From positions 149,620 through 213,619 of the forward strand of contig BDGG01000004.1 in assembly GCA_001949185.1 (NCBI GenBank): a stretch of 64,000 bases of DNA. Reading direction: 5' to 3'. Positions within the stretch are counted from its first letter, which is position 1, and the number at the start of each line of letters is the position of its first letter. Below the pieces are notes generated by a model. It had not been told where the DNA came from. It saw nothing but the letters and a program-made list of their open reading frames with translations, and searched no databases. This DNA comes from Ramazzottius varieornatus. Its lineage: Eukaryota > Animalia > Tardigrada. The translations under genes were made by a program, and so were the position numbers. Positions 39,137 through 48,681 of the stretch are shown piece after piece.

Positions 39137-39643
39137 AGCCCTGTGTAGGCTCTGAGGTCGCTAGTTCGCCATCGAGTAGACTTAAAAAAGCTGAGAAAAA
39201 GGCTGATGTGCTCACTTCGTGAAACAGTGACTGACTCCAGCTATAAATTTAGACTGTAAGCTACTCAGGATCCACATGGCAACCTAATCAGATTACTATT
39301 CTGTAATGAGGGAAATGCCGAAATGGCGTCAACGGCAGTGTAACACCTTTCGGCGTTAACTCTCTGGCGCGCTCCGGTCAGTGATGAAGTACAGATTGGC
39401 CCATTTGATTGACCGGAAGACCGTAAAGTAAAGCTCTGCGTAATTAGTAGCGTAGGGTGACGTTGTCAGTAGGGTGGGATATCTATCACTAGCAGCCGCG
39501 CGGAGCTGTAAGGTGTCAAACATTGGAGTTCCTCCACCAAAGAGATTGTCATTCGATATGTTAAGACTCACGAGGTTGCTGGGGATATGGAATGTTCCGT
39601 ATGCAGTACCTTGTGATCATGGGGATATTCCAGTTGACTGTTA

Positions 39644-39845
39644 CAGTGTAGGCAAATAAGGTACTCTAAGAGGGGGCAAGGCTAAAATCGACGTGACGCA
39701 GAAAGCAAACAGCTGACCAAGCGCAATCCAGAGACGTGAACTGCCGCTTGATCTGCTGATTACTTCGAGCCAGAGTTTCTACGTCACTTGTCGAAATCTC
39801 GATTTTGGCCCTCCCCCTTTTAGAGTAACTTTATTGCCCACACTG
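39644..39845. mobile_element. Tc1-type MITE inserted in receptor exon
   Basis: TIRs CAGTGTAGGCAAATAAGGTACTCTAAGAGGGGG / CAGTGTGGGCAATAAAGTTACTCTAAAAGGGGG, TA TSD; removal restores ...NQL-TVNWNIP. Confidence 0.85.
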
Positions 39846-40126
39846 TAACTGATTCAGAACTTCCACGTCTTGGCAGCCTGTGTAGAAATAAAATAAAGGT
39901 ACAGTGCGTGTCACTCAGATTACGGATCTGGCAGACTGATACTACATGATGCGGAGCGCATTTTTACCGCCGGTGACGATGGCCTTCAAATCCATCTATC
40001 TTCCCCCATTTCGATAATACCATTCAGCGACCAAGTTTTGGACGTAGGTAACTTCATCTGCACAACTAATACCATCAGCTGTGAGATACGTGCTCGCCAA
40101 ATTAATATACGGATACATCTTTCTGA

Positions 40127-42390
40127 CGAGGGGATTTAGCCAATGCTCCAGTCTTACTTCACAAACTGAAACGACAGAGAGGTAGAGGAGAGTTTTCTCT
40201 ATCGACTGGGATAGACCAGGCCGGCAGAAAAAAATCCGGGAAGACACAACAGAAAGCCGAACTGACTTCAGAATCTGGGCGGAACATGGTAAAGATAGAG
40301 ACCATCAAGGAACATAAGTCTTACAGAAATGATATCTCTCGTAAAAATGATGGAAGCACAATGGAGCCTTACACCAGCAATACTTCAACAGCAACGAGCG
40401 GTTACAGTCAACACGGTCACAAGGACCAACTAGTTCATCAAAACAAAATTCCGCAGGATTTACGTACTTGTAAGACCTGTCAATATATCCAGACGAATGC
40501 CGGGCTTGTGCGATGAGATTTTCAAACCTGCGAGAAGTGAACTGCTGATAGATCAGCGCAGTTTGAGGATAACGTCCCGATGGTGAACCTGTACAGGTTG
40601 ATCGTACAGAAATATCCAGTTTAACACCTTTCGAAAGTATCCTTTGTACATCCGAAAACACAGCACATCTAGAGGCTGGATCTGGCCGGTGCCTTTAGGA
40701 GGAATCGTGATCATCTCGTACTCCAGTTTCTCTGGCTTGACTTCCTCTACAGCTTCTTGATCGGCAAATGTCGGCCAAGAAGCTGCCAGGAACAAGCAAT
40801 ATCCGTCCATTTGTGGGAAGAAAACCTTTTCGCACCATTCGACGAAAAGCTCCTTTGTCATTTTGCGGGATCTTGATGCGGTAACGTGAAGGTTGCTCGC
40901 TCTAAACATCGTTCTTTTCGGCCCGAAGACACCTTTATCTTCCTGCGGTGTAATGAGAAGAACGGGAAGATACTTTCGGGCACCTGGTGAGACACACATC
41001 ATCACAGTGTAACCGTGAGTCATGGAATTCTCAGACCGAGTGAAAGCAAGAACGTGCTTTGCGCCCACCAAATCCGAAGTCCGACCTGGCCTCATCTCGT
41101 ATTCGAACCCAGACTGATCAGCGTTCCAGAGGCAGTCCAGTTCGTATTCTTGAAACCTTAATCTGACGAGTGCAACGCATTCGTCGGCACTCTTCTTTCT
41201 ATTTGATTCTTCATGCAGATGCTTTTCTGTCACGAACTTGGTGATTTTGCGGTCGCAGATACCGTAGTACCTAAACCGCAAATTAATTCTTTGAGGAATA
41301 TTAACAACAAAAGGTTCACTCAGGCGTCCCTATCACCAAATAAAATCAGAACACGATATGGCACTTACCGCTTAAATCTGTTAACCCAATATGACGACGC
41401 TACAAAACCAGGAAGGCCGATCTCGCAATTTGCGGTGACAGCCCATCGTCAGATGTTTATGCCCTTCACTACGTGAGGCTTCTGCTTGGCAAGAAAGAAC
41501 TATCTTCCAGTCTCCAGTCGTAACGCCTTCAGCATATCGATGAGCGAACCACCGTCTTCTACCTGCCGCTTCCATTCATTGAGCTGACGCACACTGGTAA
41601 CTTTCTTGAATAAGACTTCAAAACTTGACAGACTACGTCGCTTCTTTATGATGGCATTACTCTAGAATCATACGGCGCGTTTCTTGTAATCGAGATCAGC
41701 TGCTTGGCTCGACGGCACTTTTGGATCGGGAATTCTAGGCACAAACAGCTCATGCGAAGAAGGTTCAGTTGCGCTTGAGTCAGGTTCTCCAAGGCGATCG
41801 TTTGTGGTTGGCTCAAAATCAGCTTCGCGATGTCCAGTCAACAGGTTGTGTTCTGCGACAGACTTTTCGACCTCTTCGAACGTCGGCATACTGATCTGTA
41901 GCTCGTACTGAAGATCGTCCTCGATGGCCAAGATCGGACTTCCACCTTGGTTGATGTGAATATCCAGGAAGTCTGCAAGCGAATGATGGATTCGGATAGG
42001 CTTCAAGTGTATACCTTATCAACAAGCCTACCATACCTTTGATGAGTGCCTTGAGCAACTTGTCATGGTCATTCGTCGTTGGGTTGAAAATCCTGTTCAT
42101 AGTCCATCTCTAGCTTTAGGATGTTCAAGGGGTTAATAGAATCCATGTCTGCGATAACTGGAGGAGACCAAGAGACCAATCAAATAGCGAATCAACCAGC
42201 ACACAATCAAATTACTTGACTGATGCCGATGTTCCGCCCAGATTTTAACGTTAGTTCCGCTTCCTGTTGTGCCTTCCAGGATTTTTTTTCTGCCGGCCTG
42301 GTCTATCCCAGTCGATAGAGAAAACTCTCCTCTACCTCTCTGTCGTTTCAGTTTGTGAAATAAGACTGGAGCATGGGCTAAATCCCCTCG
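40127..42390 (-). mobile_element. Tc4/Tc5-type DNA transposon, defective transposase
   Basis: ~135-bp TIRs starting CGAGGGGATTTAGCC; 3-bp TGA duplication, empty site CTGAG. Transposase WNADQSGFEYE, MTHGYT, IPPKGTGQIQPLDV and Cys-rich tail CWCKAPLCFHHF. Confidence 0.93.
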
Positions 42391-43434
42391 TGAGGTAGGC
42401 CACGCCAGAATCGAAAGCTGGACCGATGTACAGTAAGGAGCTAAATGAATCTAGACCGTAATAACCGGGAAGTGCGATGTCAACCCTGAAGCTGGTTGTC
42501 CCAAGAACCAGCAGCATCCCCCGATCACGGAAGACCCATAAAGCGAGAAAATCCCTCATGGTCCTCTAAGATGACACTCTTGGATTAAGGTACCTAATAT
42601 ATCCCACCATATTGATGTTCACATACATTTAAAGAAAGGCTAACATAATATCCAGGAGAGAAGTTATTTTTTGCTAAAGATGAAAAAGCATGCAAAAGCA
42701 GACCGCTATTAGCCGATTCTGCAAGTGCCGAGCATGATTATGAAATGGACATGGTTCCTCTACACAACTGCATGATATACGGCATATACGGGCATGACAT
42801 ACGTTAAAATCAGTATTTGTATCTTGATTTTGTCAATATTATCGATCGCATTCCTGCAGAACTGAACAAACAAATAATCCATGACAAATGGCCCCATTTT
42901 TGTTTGCCGCACTGTGGACAAAGTTCTTCATCGTTCATTGAAATCACCACGAATAGTTTCTGGTAGACGAATTAGTAAGCTTTACAAGACCTCTTAGACA
43001 AATGCAAATGTACAACTCTTTGTCACCTAGTATTAACCGAAGGAGACTTTCGGGAAGGAAAAAGTCCGCACTAGCCGTCAAAAATATTAAGCAAGGTACG
43101 CAAAAAAAGGTTTTACGACCTTTGTGGCAGGTGGCAGCTATGTTGCTTAAACTACTCGCACTCCGTTGTACGGTATATTATTGATATAATGGTACAGTTT
43201 GGTTTTGCTTTAACGGTTCAAACTGAACCTGTCAATGGATAAGATTGAATGGCATCAAAATTCAAGTACTAACATTTTCTCTTTAAAACTACGTGAGGTA
43301 CTTTAAAGTGCCGATCGTATTCTTCATACGTATACGAACTTATACCATGGGCAGTAGCTATAGGCAACATTTACGGTGTGGTCCACGGTACAAATTAGGA
43401 CACGCATGAACAAAATGACCAGCACTTTACGGTA

Positions 43435-43744
43435 CGAGGTAAACGACATGATTCGGGCAACGCGAAAAGTTTGAACATTATTGTCAACGCTTGATTCATC
43501 TCTCTTCGTACGCCTGGTGACACAAAATTAGGCTTTTCGACATTGGACAGACCCATATCTCTCCAGGCCAAATTCCCGTGATCCACAACGCTTTGTTGTT
43601 CTTAAAGCTATTGAAACCTTCATGAGAGGGATCAGTCTACCTCACGAAACAAGAAGCAGTACATTACGCGCAGCAGGAGCCGAGTAAAAATATGCCTAAA
43701 TTACGAGCGAAAACCACTATGCCCGAATTATGTCGTTTACCTCG
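43435..43744. mobile_element. Mariner-type MITE (copy 2, intact ends)
   Basis: TIR CGAGGTAAACGACATRATTCGGGCA at both ends, TA TSD. Confidence 0.9.
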
Positions 43745-43771
43745 TATAAATTTATCGTAGATATGGTAGTA

Positions 43772-45497
43772 CTGTATTACCTCCAAGGTTCTGCGCAGTC
43801 ACGTGACATGCAAATGAACTACACCCTATGTACTTTTTACTGTGCAACGAGTTATTTAATTGTAGCCCAACGTGTTACCACTTGTTGCAGTGTGTTATGA
43901 ATTTTTGCCGGGATGTAGATCTGTCAAGTGTCTTGTTACAATGACTTCTAAAACTCTAAGTACCCATTCCGTGGAGGAAGCGGAGCGTCACGTAAGTGCT
44001 TTGAAAAAGCGGCAGGGAAGCCTTCGGAGTTATGCCAAGGCCGTCGGAATCCCTGAATCGACCTTGCGTCTATGGAAGTAAGAATTACTTCAAGTTGTTC
44101 CGAATCCCTGAGTAGACATTCCAAAATTTGGTCATTCACAGGTGTGGAAAACTTCCACTAACCAGCAAGAATTATGGGAAGAAAATCGAGCAACCTGAAC
44201 TCGACGAGGAAGTGTACAGCGGATGCCTCAAGCGTCTGGAGGAGTCCAACTCGAGATTCTGATTTGCAGAGGATGGGTCTTTCCGTTGCTGCCAAGCTCG
44301 GAATCGAAGGCTTCAAGGCTTTCAGGGGATGGGAAGAGAAATTCAGGAAGCGACGAGGAATCGTTCTAAGAGTCACAACGAAGATTGGCAGAAGGTTCGC
44401 GCGAACCGATGAAGATGAGGTGAGAAATCTGTTTGTCAGCGTACCACAGGGTGTGACGTCACTTTGTGAAAATTTTTCCTCCCGCAGTATGACTTGAGAT
44501 AATTTTGCACTTTCTGACGTCATTGAACCGCCGTTGGTATTTCATGTTCACAGATCCAGGAGTGTTTTCTTCATAGGATCACCTAAGCTGTCTTTCTCAA
44601 TCAGTTCAACCTTTCCTCGTCGTGAACATGGACCAAACTTCAGTTAGACTACAAAATACCTACAAAAAGACTCTGTCTCCGAAAGGTGCGAAGGAAGTGC
44701 GAGTAGTTCAGCCTCCTGGAGATCCTGAGTGTCTAACTGTGTGCCTCACCATCTCAAAATTTCCAGCTTCCATTGTTTTCAAGGGTAGCAGAAAGACCGG
44801 GAAGCTTTCGTCAAGAATCCTCAGCAAGCTGGTGATCCCTGAAAATTTTCGTGTCTTCAGTACACATTCAGGGTAGTGTAATTCTGCTTTGATCAGTTCT
44901 GGATCAAAGAACCCTTCGACGAAAGACATGACGGCGGAACGCTGATTCGTGATCGCGCGTCTGCTCGCGGCAGCGCTGAAAGTCAGCTGTTACTGGAAAG
45001 TATGGGGATCGAACAAGTCTTCATTCCTGCAGGCCTCACCGGTACCTATCACCCCTAGACGTTGGTGTCAACTTCCCGTTCAAGTCTTACTTGCGCCGAT
45101 GTTACCATGTGTGGCGGGATAACTGCACTGCTGTAACCAAGAGCGGGTATTTGAAAAAGCCAGGCCGCCAAGATTTTATAGATTTTGTTTTGGGTGCTTG
45201 GGAAAAAATCAAACTTGCTACCGTCGAAAATTATTTCGTTGCAGCTTATATAATGCCAGAACCTCTGTACATGTTAGCTGATCAGGAAGAGATTTTGGAT
45301 ACTCCTGATGATTTAGAAACGTCTTTCGAGTGCAGTTCCAGTTCGGTGGAAGATTCATTCACGGAAGAATAAAGTGCTACTGTGCTTTAATGGATCGCTG
45401 AGTGTCTTCGATTGAAGACATGGACACTTTTCTTTCCCCGCCAGGTAATCTCTACAGGCATGTCACGTGACTGCGCAGAACCTTGGAGGTAATACAA
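43772..45497 (+). mobile_element. pogo/Tigger-like DNA transposon (copy B), defective transposase
   Basis: ~40-bp TIR CTGTATTACCTCCAAGGTTCTGCGCAGTCACGTGACATGC, TA TSD. GWEEKFRKRRGIVLR, NMDQTSV motifs; intron 44420-44553; homologous to copy A. Confidence 0.92.
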
Positions 45498-47553
45498 TAC
45501 TGTGCGTCCGTAAAATGCCGTATTTATTTAGGGATGGAATTGTGGTGGTAAATCCTGTCTCCTGTCGCACAGAAACACATCGACAGTTTAGGCGGCAACC
45601 TTGGGCCAACCAAAATCTGACAGCCTACCACACAGTGGCGGGCACTTGGGTGACAGGGCGCGCGGGATACAAGTGGGCTAACTGTTATCAACAGTTGACT
45701 TTTTGCACCCTATTTTGTCTTCCAGGCTGTTCAAAAATTTCTCCGTCGAACTGCGAGCTTTATGCTCGTCTCTAAAAACAGTTGTATAACTTTATAACTT
45801 CAGAGATAACTTTGCCGGAACGAAGGAGAAGTTCTCGTGGCATTATCTGGCAGCTGGATTTTCACGCAGCAGGCGCCACTTCTTCTGCGCCTCGGGCTTT
45901 TCTAAACGTTCGCTTTGCTTTCTTCAGTTTCGGAACTCGACATGTTTTCCTAGGTACACTGAACGCTCGTCTTCTCAGTGTGGTTGGCAAAGTGCTCGTT
46001 GGTCAGACCTGAATGCAAAATGTTCCATCTTGGCCGCAGCAAACCCATTTTACGGAAGGGAAAGTAGAAAAGCTTTCAAACAAATTTTCGTATTTTTCCT
46101 CATGTTGAACGAAAAATCAGCTTTTGTTTCTGTGCACGTTTTTTCCCCAAATATTTGAATTGGGTTTATGCGTGATTTCGCTGACGTTGGATCTCTTGTA
46201 TGTAGTATGATCCGCTGAGGTCGCCGATCGACAGTATCGGCATGTAAGATTCGCTGTTGTCGGGTTTCGACTTGGTCTTCGTCATAACGGGCAAGGCGAC
46301 TACGAACCAAACGTCATCCTGGCGGACCACGTCGTAGATGCACCGTTCTCGCGCGCCGCAACCACGACGGTGAGCCCACTCGACGCAACTCAGGCGTCGA
46401 GTCGACTAACCACGATTACGGACCGCGAACAAGCCGAACACTCAAAAGTTCTCGAAAACTAAATATAGTTTCTTTCCGACTATGTTTCCACCATTTCGCT
46501 AGAATATCGTTTTGAATCTCTCATTCTGTCTGTCCAGAACCAATGATTTAAGTACAATACATGTTTTGGTTTGCTTCCTGGTTTTGTGTACAAGTGACGT
46601 TCCTCATGGTCTTGAGTGGTTGATAAGATCGTGGTGGGCAGAAGAAATCCTTCGAAAACAGAATGACCACTTCACTTGGATTCCCGAATTGATCCACAAC
46701 TCTGTTCGCTCGGAAGTCTGAAATGATGTCATCCATGGGAATTGTAATCGATAGGGCATATGTATAATGCGTGTATTTCCTCACCAGATCCAATACTGAG
46801 TTATTACCGCGGACGAGAGCCGGACGTCATGCTGCTTCTATAGAGCTAGTCAATCTGGACGAACAAAATCTTGTTGAATAAATTTTGTGAATCTTGCACA
46901 GGCTGCTACCAAGAACATCCCGTCACCATTCGAATTCTGCAAGTTACTGAAAGAGGAACGAGTTGACGGGATATGCGAATGGCGCTCCGGTATTGGTGAT
47001 CAATATGGTAGAACTAGATTTTTGTACACGAGCGACGGGATATTATGAACCAGTAAAAATTACGGGCAAGACGGAAAAGACGGCAAATTCCAGTTTGCAT
47101 GGAAGTCGGTGACAGATATCGGACACATGACGTAAGGTAGTGAATTCAGCCGTCGCCGTGCGAAATTGTTATGGACTGGCCATCAGCTGATCAGCCGTTT
47201 TACTCTAACGCTTCAACGCTGTTTTCCAATTCCTCCAGGAGAAGCCTTGGACTAGCTTGAACTGCTGAAGGTGTGCGTGTTCCGGTAGAATTGAGACCCA
47301 TGAAAAATAAATTGTGGGTTCGGCGTACACTCCTGCACGAGAGCGTCTGTGTACGTAACCGTGTGTACGATGAGTCCACTGAATTGCACATTCGTGCGCA
47401 TCGCCTGTGCATTTTAGATTGGCCAATCAATCAATCGAATGGGTAACTGATTACTTGATTGACAAATTCAACGCTGGATTTCATCTTCGATTGATTTCTT
47501 GCTCCTGTTGACTGTTTTCGTTGAATCTTCTTCGATTGATTGTTTGGTTGTCG

Positions 47554-47619
47554 ACCCGGACTGATGACCCGGTTCACCCGGATTGATGGTCCGGTCCACT
47601 CGGACTGATGATACGACCG
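47554..47619. repeat. Imperfect 22-bp tandem repeat x3
   Basis: ACCCGGACTGATGACCCGGTTC / ACCCGGATTGATGGTCCGGTCC / ACTCGGACTGATGATACGACCG. Confidence 0.7.
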
Positions 47620-48639
47620 ACTTGGCCCGTCTTTCGTCGAGAGATCGGGTCAAGTTGGGGCTGGCTGACAGGCTGTTATGTCAGCTAGTAACATGACAGT
47701 CTGGCAGTCAGCCGGGGGATGCGAAAATACTTCCTAACAGGTCTTATGTTTTTGTTCACCGCTGTCCAATCTTCCCGTTTCGTGGTGGCTTTCGACCATC
47801 CTTTCTAAAACAACAAATGCTTTTGCTACCTCCCCCCGCATCCGAATCTGTTTAGCTGGCTGTCGACATCAAAATACTGTTCACGGAATGGCTGCAAAAC
47901 GAAACTTTCCTCTTCCGATGGAATAAAATCGTGACTTACATCCAGGTGGATTGATAAATGCTTCCACCAACACAGGTCGTGTTTCATAAAACAGGTTTCT
48001 CCGGTTCAGAAAGACAGCTCTGCTATCGCCTGCCACCCTAAGCAAATGCGACATATTTCATGAGAATAAACAGAAGATGTCCTCAAGATATAGGTGACGA
48101 AGGTTAGAATTTGATAACTTTTAAAAGAGCATTTTCTACAAATAGCAAAACCCGGTGCAACAGCACGTTCCCGCAGCATCTTCGATTGTAGAACCCTTGA
48201 GTTAATTCTGATATAGCGCTTTTTACAGAGCGATAAGTTATGAGAGCTCCCTTAGCACTATAAGACGATCCCAGGCATCCAGAAGTAGGACAACCGCCCC
48301 CCAACGGTAGACATACCCAGCTCAGCTAAGTGTGCTTGGTAATGGGTATTAACTGTTCCTAGAACGTCGTAGCAACTGCTGTTGATATCTGGAAGATATC
48401 AGCTAGGAGCAGGGCAGCGGACAGGACAGAAAGGAGCGAGCAAAGATGGGGCGAGGTTGTGAAAATAATTCCAGCAGAAGCAGACGTGACGAAAATGGAA
48501 ATTTCATCGTCAAAAATTCAAAAGTCCAAACTGCCTGCGCGTGCATTAGCCACCACGTATAGGCGCACAGTCTGCGCTCGACCGCATATGCGCCGGTTGA
48601 GAAAAGTCCACTCTGACTTACGGTGCGGCCCAAACCAAG

Positions 48640-48681
48640 TCCCGACCTGAATACCGACTTCCGTCGGTACTCAGGTCGGGA
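48640..48681. repeat. 19-bp inverted repeat (hairpin) with 4-nt loop
   Basis: TCCCGACCTGAATACCGAC-TTCC-GTCGGTACTCAGGTCGGGA, one mismatch. Confidence 0.9.

Larger units (their letters stand above)
34924..39369 (-). mobile_element. Tyrosine-recombinase retrotransposon (DIRS order, Ngaro-like)
   Basis: Order gag, RT/RNase H, YR with overlapping frames and no methyltransferase domain. Host reading frame resumes on both sides; exact ends uncertain by ~10-30 bp. Confidence 0.92.
32153..42559 (-). pseudogene. ANF/natriuretic-peptide-receptor-like single-pass receptor (ectodomain, TM, short tail), TE-disrupted
   Basis: Reassembled: YIGPAFDSGVAYL|RKMYPYINL...CADE...LVAEWYY; GCQDVEVLNQL|TVNWNIPMIT; DRYPTLLT...WANLYFITD; LAKVRDVSR-VVLFY; NMTSGEY-VFV; WAERSRLHYN; WFGSSALPSNETYCGFRNQRPAC; TM AISGCTLFLVLAFCFFFLVAW; ~67-aa tail. 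In-frame stops, an apparently mutated acceptor and three exonic insertions. Confidence 0.78.

Noticed and set aside
46500-47400. Possible PIF1/Helitron helicase remnant (RNELTGYANG...)
   Set aside because: Only faint, frame-broken motif resemblance; cannot be supported without an HMM search.
47554-47619. CTGATGA motifs as a hammerhead ribozyme
   Set aside because: No correctly placed GAAA or three-stem junction found.
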